DNA of 64,000 nt from Octopus bimaculoides (lineage: Eukaryota), in contig NC_068988.1 of the NCBI RefSeq assembly GCF_001194135.2, positions 82,571,781 to 82,635,780 of the forward strand, written 5' to 3'. This document shows, in pieces, positions 1 through 13,525 of the stretch; the stretch's first letter is position 1; each line of letters begins with the position of its first letter. The notes below the pieces were generated by a model. It searched no databases. It was not told the DNA's origin and worked only from the letters and a program-made list of their open reading frames with translations. The position numbers and the translations under genes were made by a program.

Positions 1-748
1 CCATTTTTCACTGTCATATTTTCTACCATCTTTCTCCCTGTTCATTGCTTGATGTTGCAGAACTATCCCCTTTGTGGCCTTCCTATATCTCTTTCACTGG
101 AGTGTTTGACCATCTGTAGCCATATTCACTATAGGTGGGATGTCATGTGACCAAACTATACAGTAGATATATCTGAAATTGTATAAATCATTATGGCACC
201 AGCAGTGTATTGAGTACCTGGCTAGACACTGCACCATACCTGCAGCTACTTACTTGGCAGCAGAGCAAGATTAAAAAAAAAGAGAAACATCCAATAATTC
301 AGTGATTTGACATGGGATGGAGTTTGATAGCTTACAACACCGAGACAGAATTTTTTAGATGGAAATCAATGTCAGTGAAAATAAGAGCTTGAAAGTTAGG
401 GGAAGAAATGGCCATTAAAGTTGTTTTAATCTAATATGCTGGTTGAAAGAGCTAAGGATGATAGCAGATGTGAAAGGGCAAGTGAGTTACATACAGAAGT
501 AACCAATATAACTGTGACAATAATAATTTAAGAGAGAGAAGGGTGACATTTACAGCTGATAAAGGTAAACAATAAAATAACATCAGTAATGACTTCACAT
601 TATTTCACTATATTGCTATAGAGTAGACAGCTATATTTAGTTTCTAAAGTAAATACCTCTCATAGAGTCCTTCTAAATGTCTAAACACTAATTAAATAAC
701 AATAAACACTATGAGTTTTCCTAGACAAATTGAATTTCCACAAGAAAG

Positions 749-1995
749 TACAAGAGGTGGGGAGTCAAAAATTATCTACATTTTCACCAAAACTTTCTTT
801 AGGTTGGCTATACTGCCTTCAACACTTCCAAGCTAAATGGAGATATTCTTGTGGTTAAATAACCGAGGTCTGACCTTGATCGCTCCAGTTTGTTTTCTTG
901 TGCTACAGAGTAAAAAGGCCACAGGAAGAACAGTGATTTTTCTGGGGATGAAACTCACTGCAGACTTTCAGTACCATATGGGGACAGCACTCTACCATGT
1001 AGAAGTGTGTATGCGTGGATCAAGAAATTTTTAAATGGCCCAGAGAAGTATGAAGCACAAAAAGGAAGCAAGACACCCACCAACTTCCACCACTGATGTG
1101 AAGATTCAACAAGCTCAAGAGATGGTTCTGGCAAAGTGACAAGTGACCATCAATGATGGTGGCAAGTTTTCTGCAAATTAGTCATGGTTTTGCATACATT
1201 ATCATCCACAACAAGCTTTGCTTCTGTAAAGTCTGTGCTAGATGGGTGCCAAAAGTGCTTACTGAAGTGCAGAAGTGCAAATCATGTGGAGATTTGTCAA
1301 CGCTTACTTGACCGCTACAACAATGAAAGTGAAGCTTTTTCAAGGATATAGTCACAGGAGATGAATCCTGGGTCCATTACTTTCAGTCAGAACCCACAAT
1401 GCAAGGTATGAAGACGAAACACCTAAAATTGCCAGTGAAAAAGAAATTCAAGACTCAACCTTCTGCAGAAAAAATGATGCTAACCATTTTGGGGATGCAA
1501 AAAGGGCCTATACTGGAACATTAACTGGAAAAGTGGTTTACAGTCACCAATGTAGAATACAGAGAGACGCTGGCCAACAAACTGAAACCAGCAATTCACA
1601 CCAAACACCAGTATTTATTGTCAAAGCAAATGTCATTGGTGTACAGTAATGTATACCCACATATAGTTGCCTACACCATTAAGACCATTGAAAAATTGGG
1701 TTTCAAATTACAGAGACAGGCTGCATACAGTGCAGATGTCGCTCCTTCCAATTATCACCTTTTTGGAGCACTTAAACATCCTGTACTACAGATGAAGAAA
1801 CTCAGGAAGCAGTGCATAAATGGTTGCACAACCAGCTGAAAACCTTTTTCTTCAGTGGAATAAGCTTTTAGATTGCTAGAAGTGCATCGAAAAGCAAGGA
1901 GATTATGTCAAAAAAACGATGTAATTGTTCAAACCCTGCTTTTGTTTTAATAAATTATAGAAACAAGTGTGTATAACTTTTTATTTACTCTTATA
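749..1995 (+). mobile_element. Decayed mariner (DD34D-type) DNA transposon with pseudogenised transposase
   Basis: Motifs CARWVPKVLTE, IVTGDESWVHY and YSADVAPSNYHLFGALK spread over several frames with stops; degenerate TA-flanked termini. Confidence 0.9.
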
Positions 1996-3500
1996 GTTTA
2001 ATAAACATCAGAAGAAAAAGAAGAAAATCTCAAAACAAAGCTTTTTTAATGCTTTTAATACCAACCCACCTGAGACAGCATTTGATTCTGTGATACAAAC
2101 CTCCAGTTTGAAAGTGATCTAAATTAAAACCGTCCATCAAAATTTCATGTTAATTTCATGTTCCAAACGCCAAGTTAACAATGACTTAAGATATTTTATT
2201 AAATTCTTAACTATTTTCAGAATGAATTGAAGCAAAGATAATGTATTTTAACAGAAATTTAGTAACACCATACCTATATCAAAGTGCTATTACATTTAAG
2301 CACAAATGTTTGATCAGGACAGACTGCCTGATAACATGCTCGGAGATATTAGACTCATTTTTAATGTGCATGGAGATATCAGCAATGAATAAAAATGTTA
2401 ATTCTGCATCTGAGATCTAAGTGCATTGTTAAGAAAATTTTCAATATTTAATCAGTTATCTCAGTAGAAAACTGACTGACTTTGTATCTGTTGTGATTTC
2501 CCTATGAATAGATGATGAGTAATGGATTGCATTCAGGTGGTTAGCTCATTATTTTGACATCAATAATTGAATAGGAAATCAATATTTGAAAAAAGCCTCA
2601 TTATGACTGAAGAGAACAGCAATATTGTTATGTTGAAATTATGTTGCTACAAGACACTAAATTTAAGTGAATAATGCAGATTCTATATCAAACAGACACT
2701 GAAGAGGACACAATGAATTATAGAAATTTGGCACACATTAAAGCAGTGAATCAAAGCTCTTTTTTTTTTTAAAAAAAACAAAATGCCTGCCCTAACATTT
2801 GCTCAGAGAATTCAAATAATTGAAAACAATTGAGGATATTAATGATACAAAGCTGAAAAGATAGTAAAATGTGTATGTTTGATTAATACAAATTAAAGAA
2901 ACAATATAGGTAGAAGACACTTGCCCAAAAGTCCTAAGAGTCATTGGAAGATTAAAAGAGTTAAAAGAGAATGGAATATGTGATATGTTTAATGCTTTTC
3001 ATATCATATTTCAATTGAAATACACTGCCTTTGTTTCAATCAATTTTGAAAATAAGAATTTAGTAACATATCTTTAGTTATTATTACGCTGGTGTTTGGA
3101 ATAAAATCAACATGAAATTTTAGTTCAGTTTAGAATAGGAAGCTTCTATCATACAACCAGTGTTGGGCAGTTTGATATCAAAAGATTTAAGGAATAATTA
3201 TAGAAATAAGCATGGAAAAACTAACTAGAAAGATCACAAATCAAAAACTATAAAAATAAACCTAAGTTGAGTAGTGAAGAAAGAATACTTCAATTGCAGG
3301 TGACAGAATTTGTCTGGTGGTATAAAAATAAAGATTATTCAAAAGCAGCATGAATTGTCAGAGAAAAAAAAAATTCCAAATCAGTAATTACACAAGTATG
3401 ACAGAAGAATACAAGAGCTGTTTGAAATATCTAGTAGTGTAATTAAATGCAAAGTGAAGTTTGAGGTCTACCACTGGTATGCAATGTTATTTGGTTTCAA

Positions 3501-3663
3501 CTAAAAGAACTGTAAATTTTGCAATGCATTCCTGGTGTCCATAGATACAGTACCTAGCTCTGATATACGCAGTGCAGCAAATGGGAAATATATTTCCTTT
3601 GTGGATTGGATATTAATAGCGAAGATCCCAGTAGATCTGATATTTATTTTGCAGCTGAGGAAG
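3501..3663 (-). CDS. Putative terminal exon J: FLSCKINIRSTGIFAINIQ...NALQNLQFF*
   Basis: Acceptor ctactttcattatcag| in phase 2 (second in-frame AG 9 nt downstream), stop TAG at 3501-3503. FLS..NIRSTG resembles Gypsy FIS..DIRHISG. Confidence 0.68.
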
Positions 3664-3900
3664 CTGATAATGAAAGTAGAATTGACATGAACAACACAAC
3701 AATACAAAAATATGAACTTAAAATACATGTCTGTAACATCTTGAACATAGTTAAATTCACTGGAAACAAAATGAGTGCATTAGGTAATTGAATAGAAATT
3801 ATGACAATGAAATGATAATAGAGGTAGTTGTTTCTTAGAATAACGAGATAGTTTAGTAACTAATATACCTCACGATTAATTATAAATCATGCATCAAAAT

Positions 3901-3904
<4 letters not shown>

Positions 3905-3962
<58 letters not shown>
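3905..3962. repeat. (TA)n microsatellite; others at about 32519-32580, 38008-38074, 55796-55846, 63600-63631, 63960-64000
   Basis: Direct reading. Confidence 0.95.
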
Positions 3963-3967
<5 letters not shown>

Positions 3968-5443
3968 AGGCAACAGTGAGTGATCCAAACAAATTTGTGA
4001 TTCAAAGTAAGTTTCCAGTAACTTATAAGTGGTGAAAGATTAACATAATATTCGCAGTGAATAAAAATGTTTCAGTAACAATATCAATTAAATAGATTCA
4101 ATTTATACAAACATAAGCTAATTAAACCATTTTAATACGAGAATATTTATAGCAAACAAAACCTTTAGTTTTCAAACATTCTTCAAGTATCAAGTTATTT
4201 AGAAATATCAAATATTTGCAAATTATTTATAAAGTGATCATCAAAATATAATTAAATTAAACTAATATAACTTCTAACTCAATACTTAAACAATGAAGTT
4301 TATATTCTATTCTACTCTTTAATTTAATAAACTGATTTCTTTTAACTAGGCACAACCAACCTGTCAACCAAAAAAACATGGTAAACTGATTCAACTCAAG
4401 TATATTTCTGTTACTTCTTCCATTGACACAGATGAAAGAGATTTCATTTATAACTGGAAAGCTTTAAAAAACTGTTCGACCAACACTAACAAATTTATAA
4501 ACTCTTAACTGATATATTATGAATAACCTTTATAATACTAAATTACTAAAATCCCTTCACAGGCAAATATTTTTTTCTCATTCATAAGAGATTCAAGATG
4601 GCATATATGTGAGGAATAGCTTACATGTGCAGGCATGGCTGTGTGGTTGCGTGGTTTCAAGTCCAGTCGCACAGTACAGCATCTTGGGCTAGTGTCTTCT
4701 ACTATAACCAAGGTCAGTCAAAGTCTTGTGGTGGTATTGTCAGTTCTTTAGTTAACAAATCATTCACCTACTTCCCTCCTTCAAAGTTGTATGGAATAAA
4801 AAATTTACTTGGAAAACAGGTAAAGGTTAAGGCAATAAGAGCAACCAGCTGTAAAACAATGTCACAAAGACATATTCATCTAACCCATGCTATCATGGAA
4901 TAATAGACATAAAACAAGTGAATGAATATCTACAACAAATAATTGTGTACATTTTTTAACTCTTTAACTTTGATAGTTTGTGAATAAAGGAATTTAAGGA
5001 GTATTTCCAGAAGTCAGGTCTTTGTCCAAGACTAAAATCATTTAATAACACTGTATTCATTCCTGTTTATGTTTCAGTTTTCTAAAGGTCTTTACTGAGT
5101 CTTGCAACCAGACTAAACAAAACTTGGGTCTCTGGTCAAAACACTGATTTTGTTTGGTAGGAATGTGACAGGTTTTAAATCAAGTCAACATATGACATTT
5201 TGGAGATTCAAATGAGAAAAACAATGTTAGTTAAACTATGCAAAAAACAAACCAATTTGTGGGAAATTTATTCTACATGATAAGTTGTCAAAAGTGGTGA
5301 TTCCAACAGTTTGGTCAGAGTTGAGAATTACAGTTTTGACAGCTATAGCAGATGTTGTACTGTTAGCTGGATAAGTGCAGTTTGAAAACAAGAACAAGCA
5401 CTGCACAAACATTGAACCACTTATTGATAGCTACACTATTTAC

Positions 5444-5521
5444 CGAATCATTATATCATTGTCCAAGGATTGATTCAAAACCTCAATTCTTCTTCCACTG
5501 TTCTTTAACACTTTCCAGTGT
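5444..5521 (-). CDS. Exon I (78 nt, phase 2->2): HWKVLKNSGRRIEVLNQSLDNDIMI(R)
   Basis: Acceptor tattttcctgtcttag|, donor CG|gtaaat. Only this frame is open. It completes the FRHW...GRRIEV motif across the splice junction. Confidence 0.78.
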
Positions 5522-6279
5522 CTAAGACAGGAAAATATGACATATATGAACTTTATTTGCTCCAGTTGTAAACTTATAACTCCCACTTATGTTTTGCCTA
5601 AAAGGAAATATTAAGACCCACCAGTATTTGAATAAATATAATCATTGAGATTTATTTACTACAGCTTGATCAATTGCTTTCACTTTCATAAAACAATCAT
5701 TTTAATTTCAACTTTTCTATACTTGCACGAGTCAGATGGATTTCAAAGAAGCAAATTTTTCGACAGTTGAATGACCTTCCTGTCACCAATCCTGACCTGT
5801 TTCCAAGTTGAACTGGACAGGTTTTCAAAGAAGACTAGAAGCAAATGTGACACCACTTGTATGACGGTGATGCTCATTTACATCTTTTAAGTCATGTCAA
5901 GAAAAAGAGACACACATACACACCAATAGACTTCTTTCAGTTCCTGTCTACGAAATCCATTCACAAGGTTTTTGGCTGGCCCAGAGCTATAGAAAACGCT
6001 GGACTGAACTTAAAACCATGAGGCTGAGAAACAAACTTCTAAACCACACAGCTATGCTTGCATTTCATAGCCATATATACATGTGCATATATATTTTTGT
6101 GTTTATTTCACACACACACGTGTGTGTAGTAGTAGTAGTAGTAAAAGACACTTGCTCAAGGTGCCACTCAATGGGACTGAACCCAAAACCACATAGTTGC
6201 AAAGTAAGCTTCTTAATCACACACCCATGTCTGCACTTACACCATTTTATATCCTAATTAAAAGAAATCCAAACACACA

Positions 6280-6322
<43 letters not shown>

Positions 6323-6830
6323 CATGCGTGTGTGTGCTGAGAGAAAGAGTAATTTATACTCAAAAGATGGAGTATGGTGGAGGGAAAAAAATCTGCAAGC
6401 TCCACTTTCTGCTGCAGGTATTTTTTGTTTTTCTTTTGTCTGGCGCACTTGAATTTTACAGAGACTGACATTTAAAAGTATTAGCAGTCAAGAAATGATA
6501 GACAAGTGTAGAGATACTTTATCCACCTTCCAGAACATTCTGCAAAACCTGCTTATAATCAAATATGTATTAAAATTATAAACTACCTAAATTCCCATAT
6601 AACTTCATTGTATGACAACCTCACATCACAAATATGACAGACTGTTCTCAAAATATGTTTGTTTTTCATTTAACTCTTTTGCATTTAAATTGGGCATGTC
6701 CAGCCCAAATATTCTACCTACTTTACATTCAAACCAGCCAAATTTGACCCCTTACACCTACCATGCAATGTCATTCTGAAAACAATCACATTATTGAAAT
6801 CTCAAAGGTTATGAGATAGTGCATGATTAA

Positions 6831-7192
6831 TCATCATCATCATCATCGTCATCGTCGTTTAACGTCTGCTTTCCATGCTAGCATGGGTTGGACAATTTGA
6901 CTGAGGACTGGTGAAACCGGATGGCAACACCAGGCTCCAATCCAATTTGGCAGAGTTTCTACAGCTGGATGCCCTTCCTAACGCCAACCACTCAGAGAGT
7001 GTAGTGGGTGTTTTTACGTGTCACCCGCACGAAAACGGCCACGCTCGAAATGGTGTCTTTTACGTGCCACCCGCACAAGAGCCAGTCCAGGGGCACTGGC
7101 AACGATCTCGCTCGAAAACCCTTTCCTCCCTATATTTTTAATTCTACCCATAATAATAATCCTTTCTACTAAAGGCACAAGGCCTGAAATTT
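6831..7192 (-). mobile_element. RTE tail plus short spacer plus truncated SINE end; near-identical to 38609-39279
   Basis: Direct comparison of 7009-7192 with 39086-39279 shows a shared junction. Confidence 0.8.
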
Positions 7193-7634
7193 GAACAATA
7201 TAATTAAGTAAGCATTACATTTGAGAGAATAATCCGAATGCTAAAGGGTTAAGACATAAAATGATATTACACTACTTGTAAGAGAACTTGATCATTTTGC
7301 CAAATTACATGCAAAACAAATACAGAAACTATCATATATTCCCTTGAATAAACTAAATTAGAAAAATAAAAAAAATTACCTTCAACTATTTTTCTAATCA
7401 TACAGCTCTAGGTTATGTCCCATGATAGAAGCCCTTTGTGTTTGTTTGCTTTTAGGCCATATTTTCCATGTTAGCATAGGTTAGATGAATATACTACTGA
7501 GGCGTTATTTTACCTCCTGATGCTAGCCTTTACATGTTTTCAAAAGTGGAGAGTCAGCAGATGATTTGTGGACAAAACAAAGAAATGACAATATACTATC
7601 ACCCAGTGCAAATGTTAACACTCACACATACATC

Positions 7635-7667
<33 letters not shown>

Positions 7668-7790
7668 AGATAAATTCTTTATAAGAATTTATCAAGTAGT
7701 CAGCGTGAAAAAAACCTCAATGAAAAAAATAATGAAAAAAAATTTCGTAATGAAAAAAATTCATCATTTTTTCATAAATATAAATAATTT

Positions 7791-8286
7791 NNNNNNNNNN
7801 NNNNNNNNNNNNNNNNNNNNNNNNNNNNNNNNNNNNNNNNNNNNNNNNNNNNNNNNNNNNNNNNNNNNNNNNNNNNNNNNNNNNNNNNNNNNNNNNNNNN
7901 NNNNNNNNNNNNNNNNNNNNNNNNNNNNNNNNNNNNNNNNNNNNNNNNNNNNNNNNNNNNNNNNNNNNNNNNNNNNNNNNNNNNNNNNNNNNNNNNNNNN
8001 NNNNNNNNNNNNNNNNNNNNNNNNNNNNNNNNNNNNNNNNNNNNNNNNNNNNNNNNNNNNNNNNNNNNNNNNNNNNNNNNNNNNNNNNNNNNNNNNNNNN
8101 NNNNNNNNNNNNNNNNNNNNNNNNNNNNNNNNNNNNNNNNNNNNNNNNNNNNNNNNNNNNNNNNNNNNNNNNNNNNNNNNNNNNNNNNNNNNNNNNNNNN
8201 NNNNNNNNNNNNNNNNNNNNNNNNNNNNNNNNNNNNNNNNNNNNNNNNNNNNNNNNNNNNNNNNNNNNNNNNNNNNNNNNNNNNNN
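7791..8286. other. Assembly gap (N run); other gaps at 27753-27762, 38644-39085, 43214-43253, 48815-48896, 56247-56256, 58134-58143
   Basis: N characters. Confidence 1.
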
Positions 8287-8342
<56 letters not shown>

Positions 8343-11300
8343 AAGAAAAATTGTAAACAATGATGTGACACTAAATTAGCAATGTTACTGAATAACTACA
8401 AGCTGTGGTGTTTCTGCTGTGCAAGACAATCACTTAACACTGGGTGGGGATCATCAAAAATACAGAGAACCAACTTGCTATGATTCATCAAGATGATATT
8501 AAATAATTCTAAAATTCTATATAATAAACATTAAAAGGTGAACATATAAAAAAATTAGCTCCTCAACAAAACTGTAACTAGAATCTGGTTAGAGTGGTCT
8601 AATTCAACTATGCTTCAGTTTCATCTAAGATTGAACAGAGTAATGAATTTGTTTGATGAGTTAGAACAGTTGTTCAACCTAGTAACAAGTATTTTTGCTA
8701 AAAGAATTAAAGAAATTTTAATATTTTAGGCAAAGGTAATATGAAATACAGTTGATAGTGTCTATTATTTGAAATTCCAAAAATCTGAAATCTTTCAAAA
8801 CTGGAAATTATTTTCAGTGAGTAAAAAGCAATGAACAGAAAATTCTAGAAAGTGCTCAGAAAGGAATTTTTCCTGGAAAATGAGAGTGAGCATAAAACAA
8901 AACCATAAAAGAGGGAAGTGGTGTGTAGCTGTTTTATGTGGTGTGTAGCTGTTTTATGTGGTTGACACAATAAAGTAAAATTCTAACATAGATTTGTCTT
9001 AATGAAAAGAAAAACTTTTACGCCATAAGGAAGTGGGTGAGAGTATAAATTTAAGTACAACTACCTTCACAGTATATGCATAAGCTGCATTAAGAAACGC
9101 AAATGGAGGACGTGTTTAGATTAACATCCCTAGCTATCTCACTGTATAGATGCAAGTATTTGGAATGTGAAGCATTTGCAGTCCCAAGAAATGTAGACTA
9201 AAGGATTAGTCTACATTAGTCATTACCATCATTTAACATCTCATGTTCAATGCTGACATAGGTTGGATGGTTTTCAGGATCATGCTCTAGTCTATCTTGG
9301 CATTGTTTCTACAGTTGGAAGCCCTTCCTAATGCCAACAGCATGTACTGGGTTCCTTTTTCATGCCATCAGCACTAGTGAGGTATCCATGCACCTTTTTC
9401 GAAACTACAAACCCCAAGAGAGGCAGCTTAGAAAATGAGGAATTAAAATATGAAAGGGGCCAGAGCAGAAAAATGTTTCTTGCTGTAAAGATGCTACATG
9501 GCTACTCACATTTTGGAAGAGATGGTGGTGAGGTAATCAAGATGGAGTTAGTAAGAAATAAAAATAGTGGTGATGAGGTGCCTGAGTTGACCCTCGATGT
9601 ATGAGGTGAGAAGTGAGTGAACTATATCAAATCACATTACTACCAGAATAAATTAAAATGAATACAGAAAAGAATAGCTATCTACAAAGTACTGTCATAT
9701 ATAATTTAAATTCTAACATCCATAAATCAGTTTTCTAAATGTCAGTATAGCTACCTAAATAATGTGAATATATTCTTTTCAAAAATATGAATTTTGTGAC
9801 ATTATGCACAAAGAATACATTTTTTTGAACAATGATTGTCTACACAAAGACTTAATTCTCTTTCCCCAGGTAAGTAACATGAAAACATTTATCTCATTTC
9901 AAAATTGGACTATGGTCATGCTGGGGCATTACCTCAATGGGTTTTAGTCAAACAAATATCCCTAGTACTTATTTCAAGTTTGGTCCTTACTCTATCAATT
10001 TCTTTTGCCAAACTGCTAAGTTACAGGGATGTAAACAAACCAACCACAGGTTGTCAAGCAGTGGTGGGGAACAGACACAAAGACACAAAGACACACACCA
10101 GACTTCTACACAGTTTCTGTCAACAATCACTCACAATTGGTCAGTCCAAAGTTATAGTAGAAGGCACTTGTTCAAGGTGCTGTGCAGTGATACTGAACCT
10201 GAAACCTTCCCACACAAAAATTATACCATCTGCCCTTCAATCAAGAAAGAAAGAATCTCATTGTTGCCAGCAGTAGATAATGTTTTCCATTATTCCTTCT
10301 CTTCATATCTGTACATGTGTATAATATCTCGACAGACATCCAAAAATTAGAGAAAGAAAATTGCTGGTAAAAACCTTTCGATATTATTTCAAAATTATTA
10401 TACATGGTTATACTCACACTAGTGAAATTCTATTAATTTTGGAAATAATAAGGAATATATTAAAATAACTTTGCTGTTAATAAGCTGATGTTCGAAACAT
10501 AAATTAGCATGAAATTTCAATTTGGATCACTTTAAAGCAGAAAGCTTGTACCAAGGGCATTTTGGGCGGGTTGGTATCAAAATGATTAAGCACCTATCAT
10601 ATCTGATAGTGTTCTCAGAGTATAAACAGAACCTTTATTATATCCATGGGTAGTTATTACATTGTCCATACCGAAGATATTTTCCCACTTGTGATGTCAC
10701 ATATATCGTCTGACTGTCCCAGGGACTGAACTCAAGCCCACTACCTAAACTACTACACTTGACTCCTAACCAACACCTATATTTACCATCTTCTTGAATT
10801 GCAGGAAAATTGGGTTACAGAAATTAGGAGCGTTAAAGCTAACAGGTTTTTTCTTAAAACTCTTAATTTCTATTATGTAATTAATATAAACATTAAGCAT
10901 TAAGTGGTTAATGCAATTAGTAACATAGCCGGTGGGTATAAGTTCAATTACTGGGTCATATGTGTATATGTGTGTGTGTGTGTGTGTGTCTGTGTGTTTT
11001 ATTTATTGACATCACTTTACATATTTTGCCTAATTTCTCACCTGCATTGCTTAAATGTTATGTATATGTGTGTGTGTGTATATGTATATATAATTATACA
11101 CACACACACACATGTTGGTTCAAGTGGAATGAGCAAGTAACAACACAAGAAGGGGAGAATAATAGAAAATCCCTGGTATGAAAACAAACTAGCTCTGTGA
11201 GTTTAATAAAGGGTTTGGTGTGAAATTCCAAGAATGTTACCAAGAGGCACCTGGACAAGACCAGAGGGTACAATGGCTGATATATTGCAACGATAACAAC

Positions 11301-11655
11301 GAAGACAATACACTAGTCCAAATAAGTGTAATAAAAATAATTATTTGTCCATCATAGGCAAAATTTATTTCAAAATTATTCTAAACAAGTATTTTTCCAA
11401 TAATCTATTAAATGCTATGGTGGCCTTACAGATAGGTTTAAATATTAGAAAGTAGTTTTTTTTTTTTTTATATAAATATATATATATATATATATACAAT
11501 TGCAATTTAATTTTCCTTCTAATGTTGATGAAAAGAAATCAATATCCATCTCGTTATCACATAATTCAATGCTATATAAGGAAGCTACTAATTTCATAGA
11601 ATTGTATGTGTATTAGTTGACAAAACCAAATACATCCACTATTTCAGAATTTCAA

Positions 11656-11658
<3 letters not shown>

Positions 11659-11686
<28 letters not shown>

Positions 11687-11700
11687 TGCACGCACGCGCG

Positions 11701-11737
<37 letters not shown>

Positions 11738-11790
11738 GCACGCACGCACGCACGCACACGCACACACACGCACACATGCACACACACACA
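11659..11790. repeat. Compound (CA)n/(CGCA)n microsatellite
   Basis: Direct reading. Confidence 0.95.
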
Positions 11791-13214
11791 AAACATGCTG
11801 GAAATCATAAAGGGGAATAAGAACAACCTTAGGTAAAATGAATCAAGGTGTCTATGATAGAATATTTATCAAATGATAAGTTATAAACTGGAAGTTGCCA
11901 GCTATTTTAGAGTGACTGAAATTTTTGGTACATATTAATGAAAATATTTCATGAAACTAAAACAGGTATAAAAGCTATAATATGAATGCCGACACACATC
12001 ATTACATAAGATAAAATTAATATTCATGAGAAAATTCTCCTGCAACAAATGTTTACATGTTTGATATAATTTTAACAGTTAAACAAAAGAATTTTTTCTT
12101 TTTGTTTTAATTAATGATATTCAATATCATTAGCATGCAATTGCTTTCATTTTTAGTTATTTTCAAGGTTAGACTGCAGTCAATTTTACCGGTATCAGTA
12201 TATTTATGTTTTGTCGTTAATATGAATATTTAATCAATCTTTATGTAGGAGTATTACGAGGAAATAAACAGCTTGTTACATAAAACCCAATTATTTTTTC
12301 ACATATAAAGCTGAATATTTTAATAAGTCAACAAAATTAAATCAAGAACTAGCAATTAGCTTTGTTTACATTAATTCCTTTAGGTTTTTAGTCCATATAA
12401 AAGTTTACTTTCTTTTCAGCAACAATGTCTTCTACATTGAAAACCATAGTAGGAATTGATTTTATGCTATTTCAGTGGGATACTTAAATAGAATTTCTGT
12501 TTATAAAGATTCATAGCTATGTTAATCAGCTTCAAGCAGGAATTACAGCATAACTTATAACACGAAATTAGAAAACATGATAAACTAGAAAAAAAAAAAA
12601 AAACAGATACCCATTTTCTCTTTCTTTTTTTTTTTCTTTTTTTTCTTCTCTGAATTTTAAGTTAATCTTATTCATATCATGTGATGATAATATGAATTTA
12701 AATAAAACATTATCTACAAAGTTTTTGGACTGGAAGCTATAAAATAAAACCATAATTGATGATAATAAATACAGTCAATTTAAATCATAACTACTAGAAG
12801 AGATTATTTAAACAAATTTAGAATAATAAAAAATATTAAAACATGTGTTCTTTATTTCATGTGTGTATGAAGGTCAGTTGCATGAAGTATATTTTTAAGA
12901 GGCAAAAATATTTACAGACAAAACAGAAGGAACCATCCAATGATGGTTGATGTATCTGTCATCCCAATATCAGCAACAGTCATTTGTTTCTATAATAAAA
13001 GGTGGTATACCTTTTAGTTATACTAACCTTTTGCTACACATTTTTAACAAATATATATATCTATATATATAACAATATAACACTCTTGGTGCAGCTTCAC
13101 TGAGAAAAATGTCATCAATGATTGGTAGTGACTGTTAATTTTGTTAATAACAACATGTAAACACATGAACTGACGGTGGGGTGTGTAGAAAGAAAAAAAA
13201 AATAGGGAAATTAC

Positions 13215-13395
13215 CTGAATGATTTAACGATGGCATAAGCAGCAAAAAGGAAGTTATCAGAAAAGCTTTTATCAACTGTAGCCTTAGTATGCATCGTCCT
13301 TGGCCAGGGGAATGTTATATGAGGCTGGGTTTCCATGTTAACTGCTACTGTATTATCAATAGTAAACCAACAACTTTGACTGCTGCTGTACAAGA
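13215..13395 (-). CDS. Exon H (181 nt, phase 1->2): RNase H-like core (I)LYSSSQSCWFTIDNT...KSFSDNFLFAAYAIVKSF(R)
   Basis: Acceptor tttgtttcattgaacag|, donor CAG|gtaatt, open frame of 59 codons. SFSDNFLFAAYAIVKSFRHW resembles the recalled Gypsy consensus STFDRELLAVYLAVKHFRHF. Confidence 0.78.
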
Positions 13396-13490
13396 CTGTT
13401 CAATGAAACAAATCTTTGTACAACAGCCAAATTTTATCGACCATAAGCAGCTAATATCTACTATACCAGCAAGTTGAGAGTAGAACTCAC

Positions 13491-13525
13491 TTCTTTCCAC
13501 TATAGGATCAACTAGTAAACAGACA
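13491..13525 (-). CDS. Micro-exon G (35 nt, phase 2->1): VCLLVDPIVER
   Basis: Acceptor tttttatttcaag|, donor A|gtgagt, followed by a 95-nt intron. DPIV matches the DPIL/APVL motif that precedes Gypsy RNase H. Confidence 0.65.

Noticed and set aside
2290-2360. Possible SECIS (ATGA...TGAT) in the putative 3' region of the minus-strand gene
   Set aside because: Helix II pairing, the apical AA and the 3' GA of the quartet are not convincingly placed.
7705-8379. Long ORFs in the track that span N gaps or (CA)n/(TA)n/(GA)n tracts (also 38584-39189, 43103-43375, 48731-49129, 54426-54647)
   Set aside because: Artefacts of gaps and microsatellites; no coding signal.
8918-8962. 20-bp tandem duplication gtggtgtgtagctgttttat x2
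   Set aside because: Only two units and no spacers; simple slippage duplication, not CRISPR-like.
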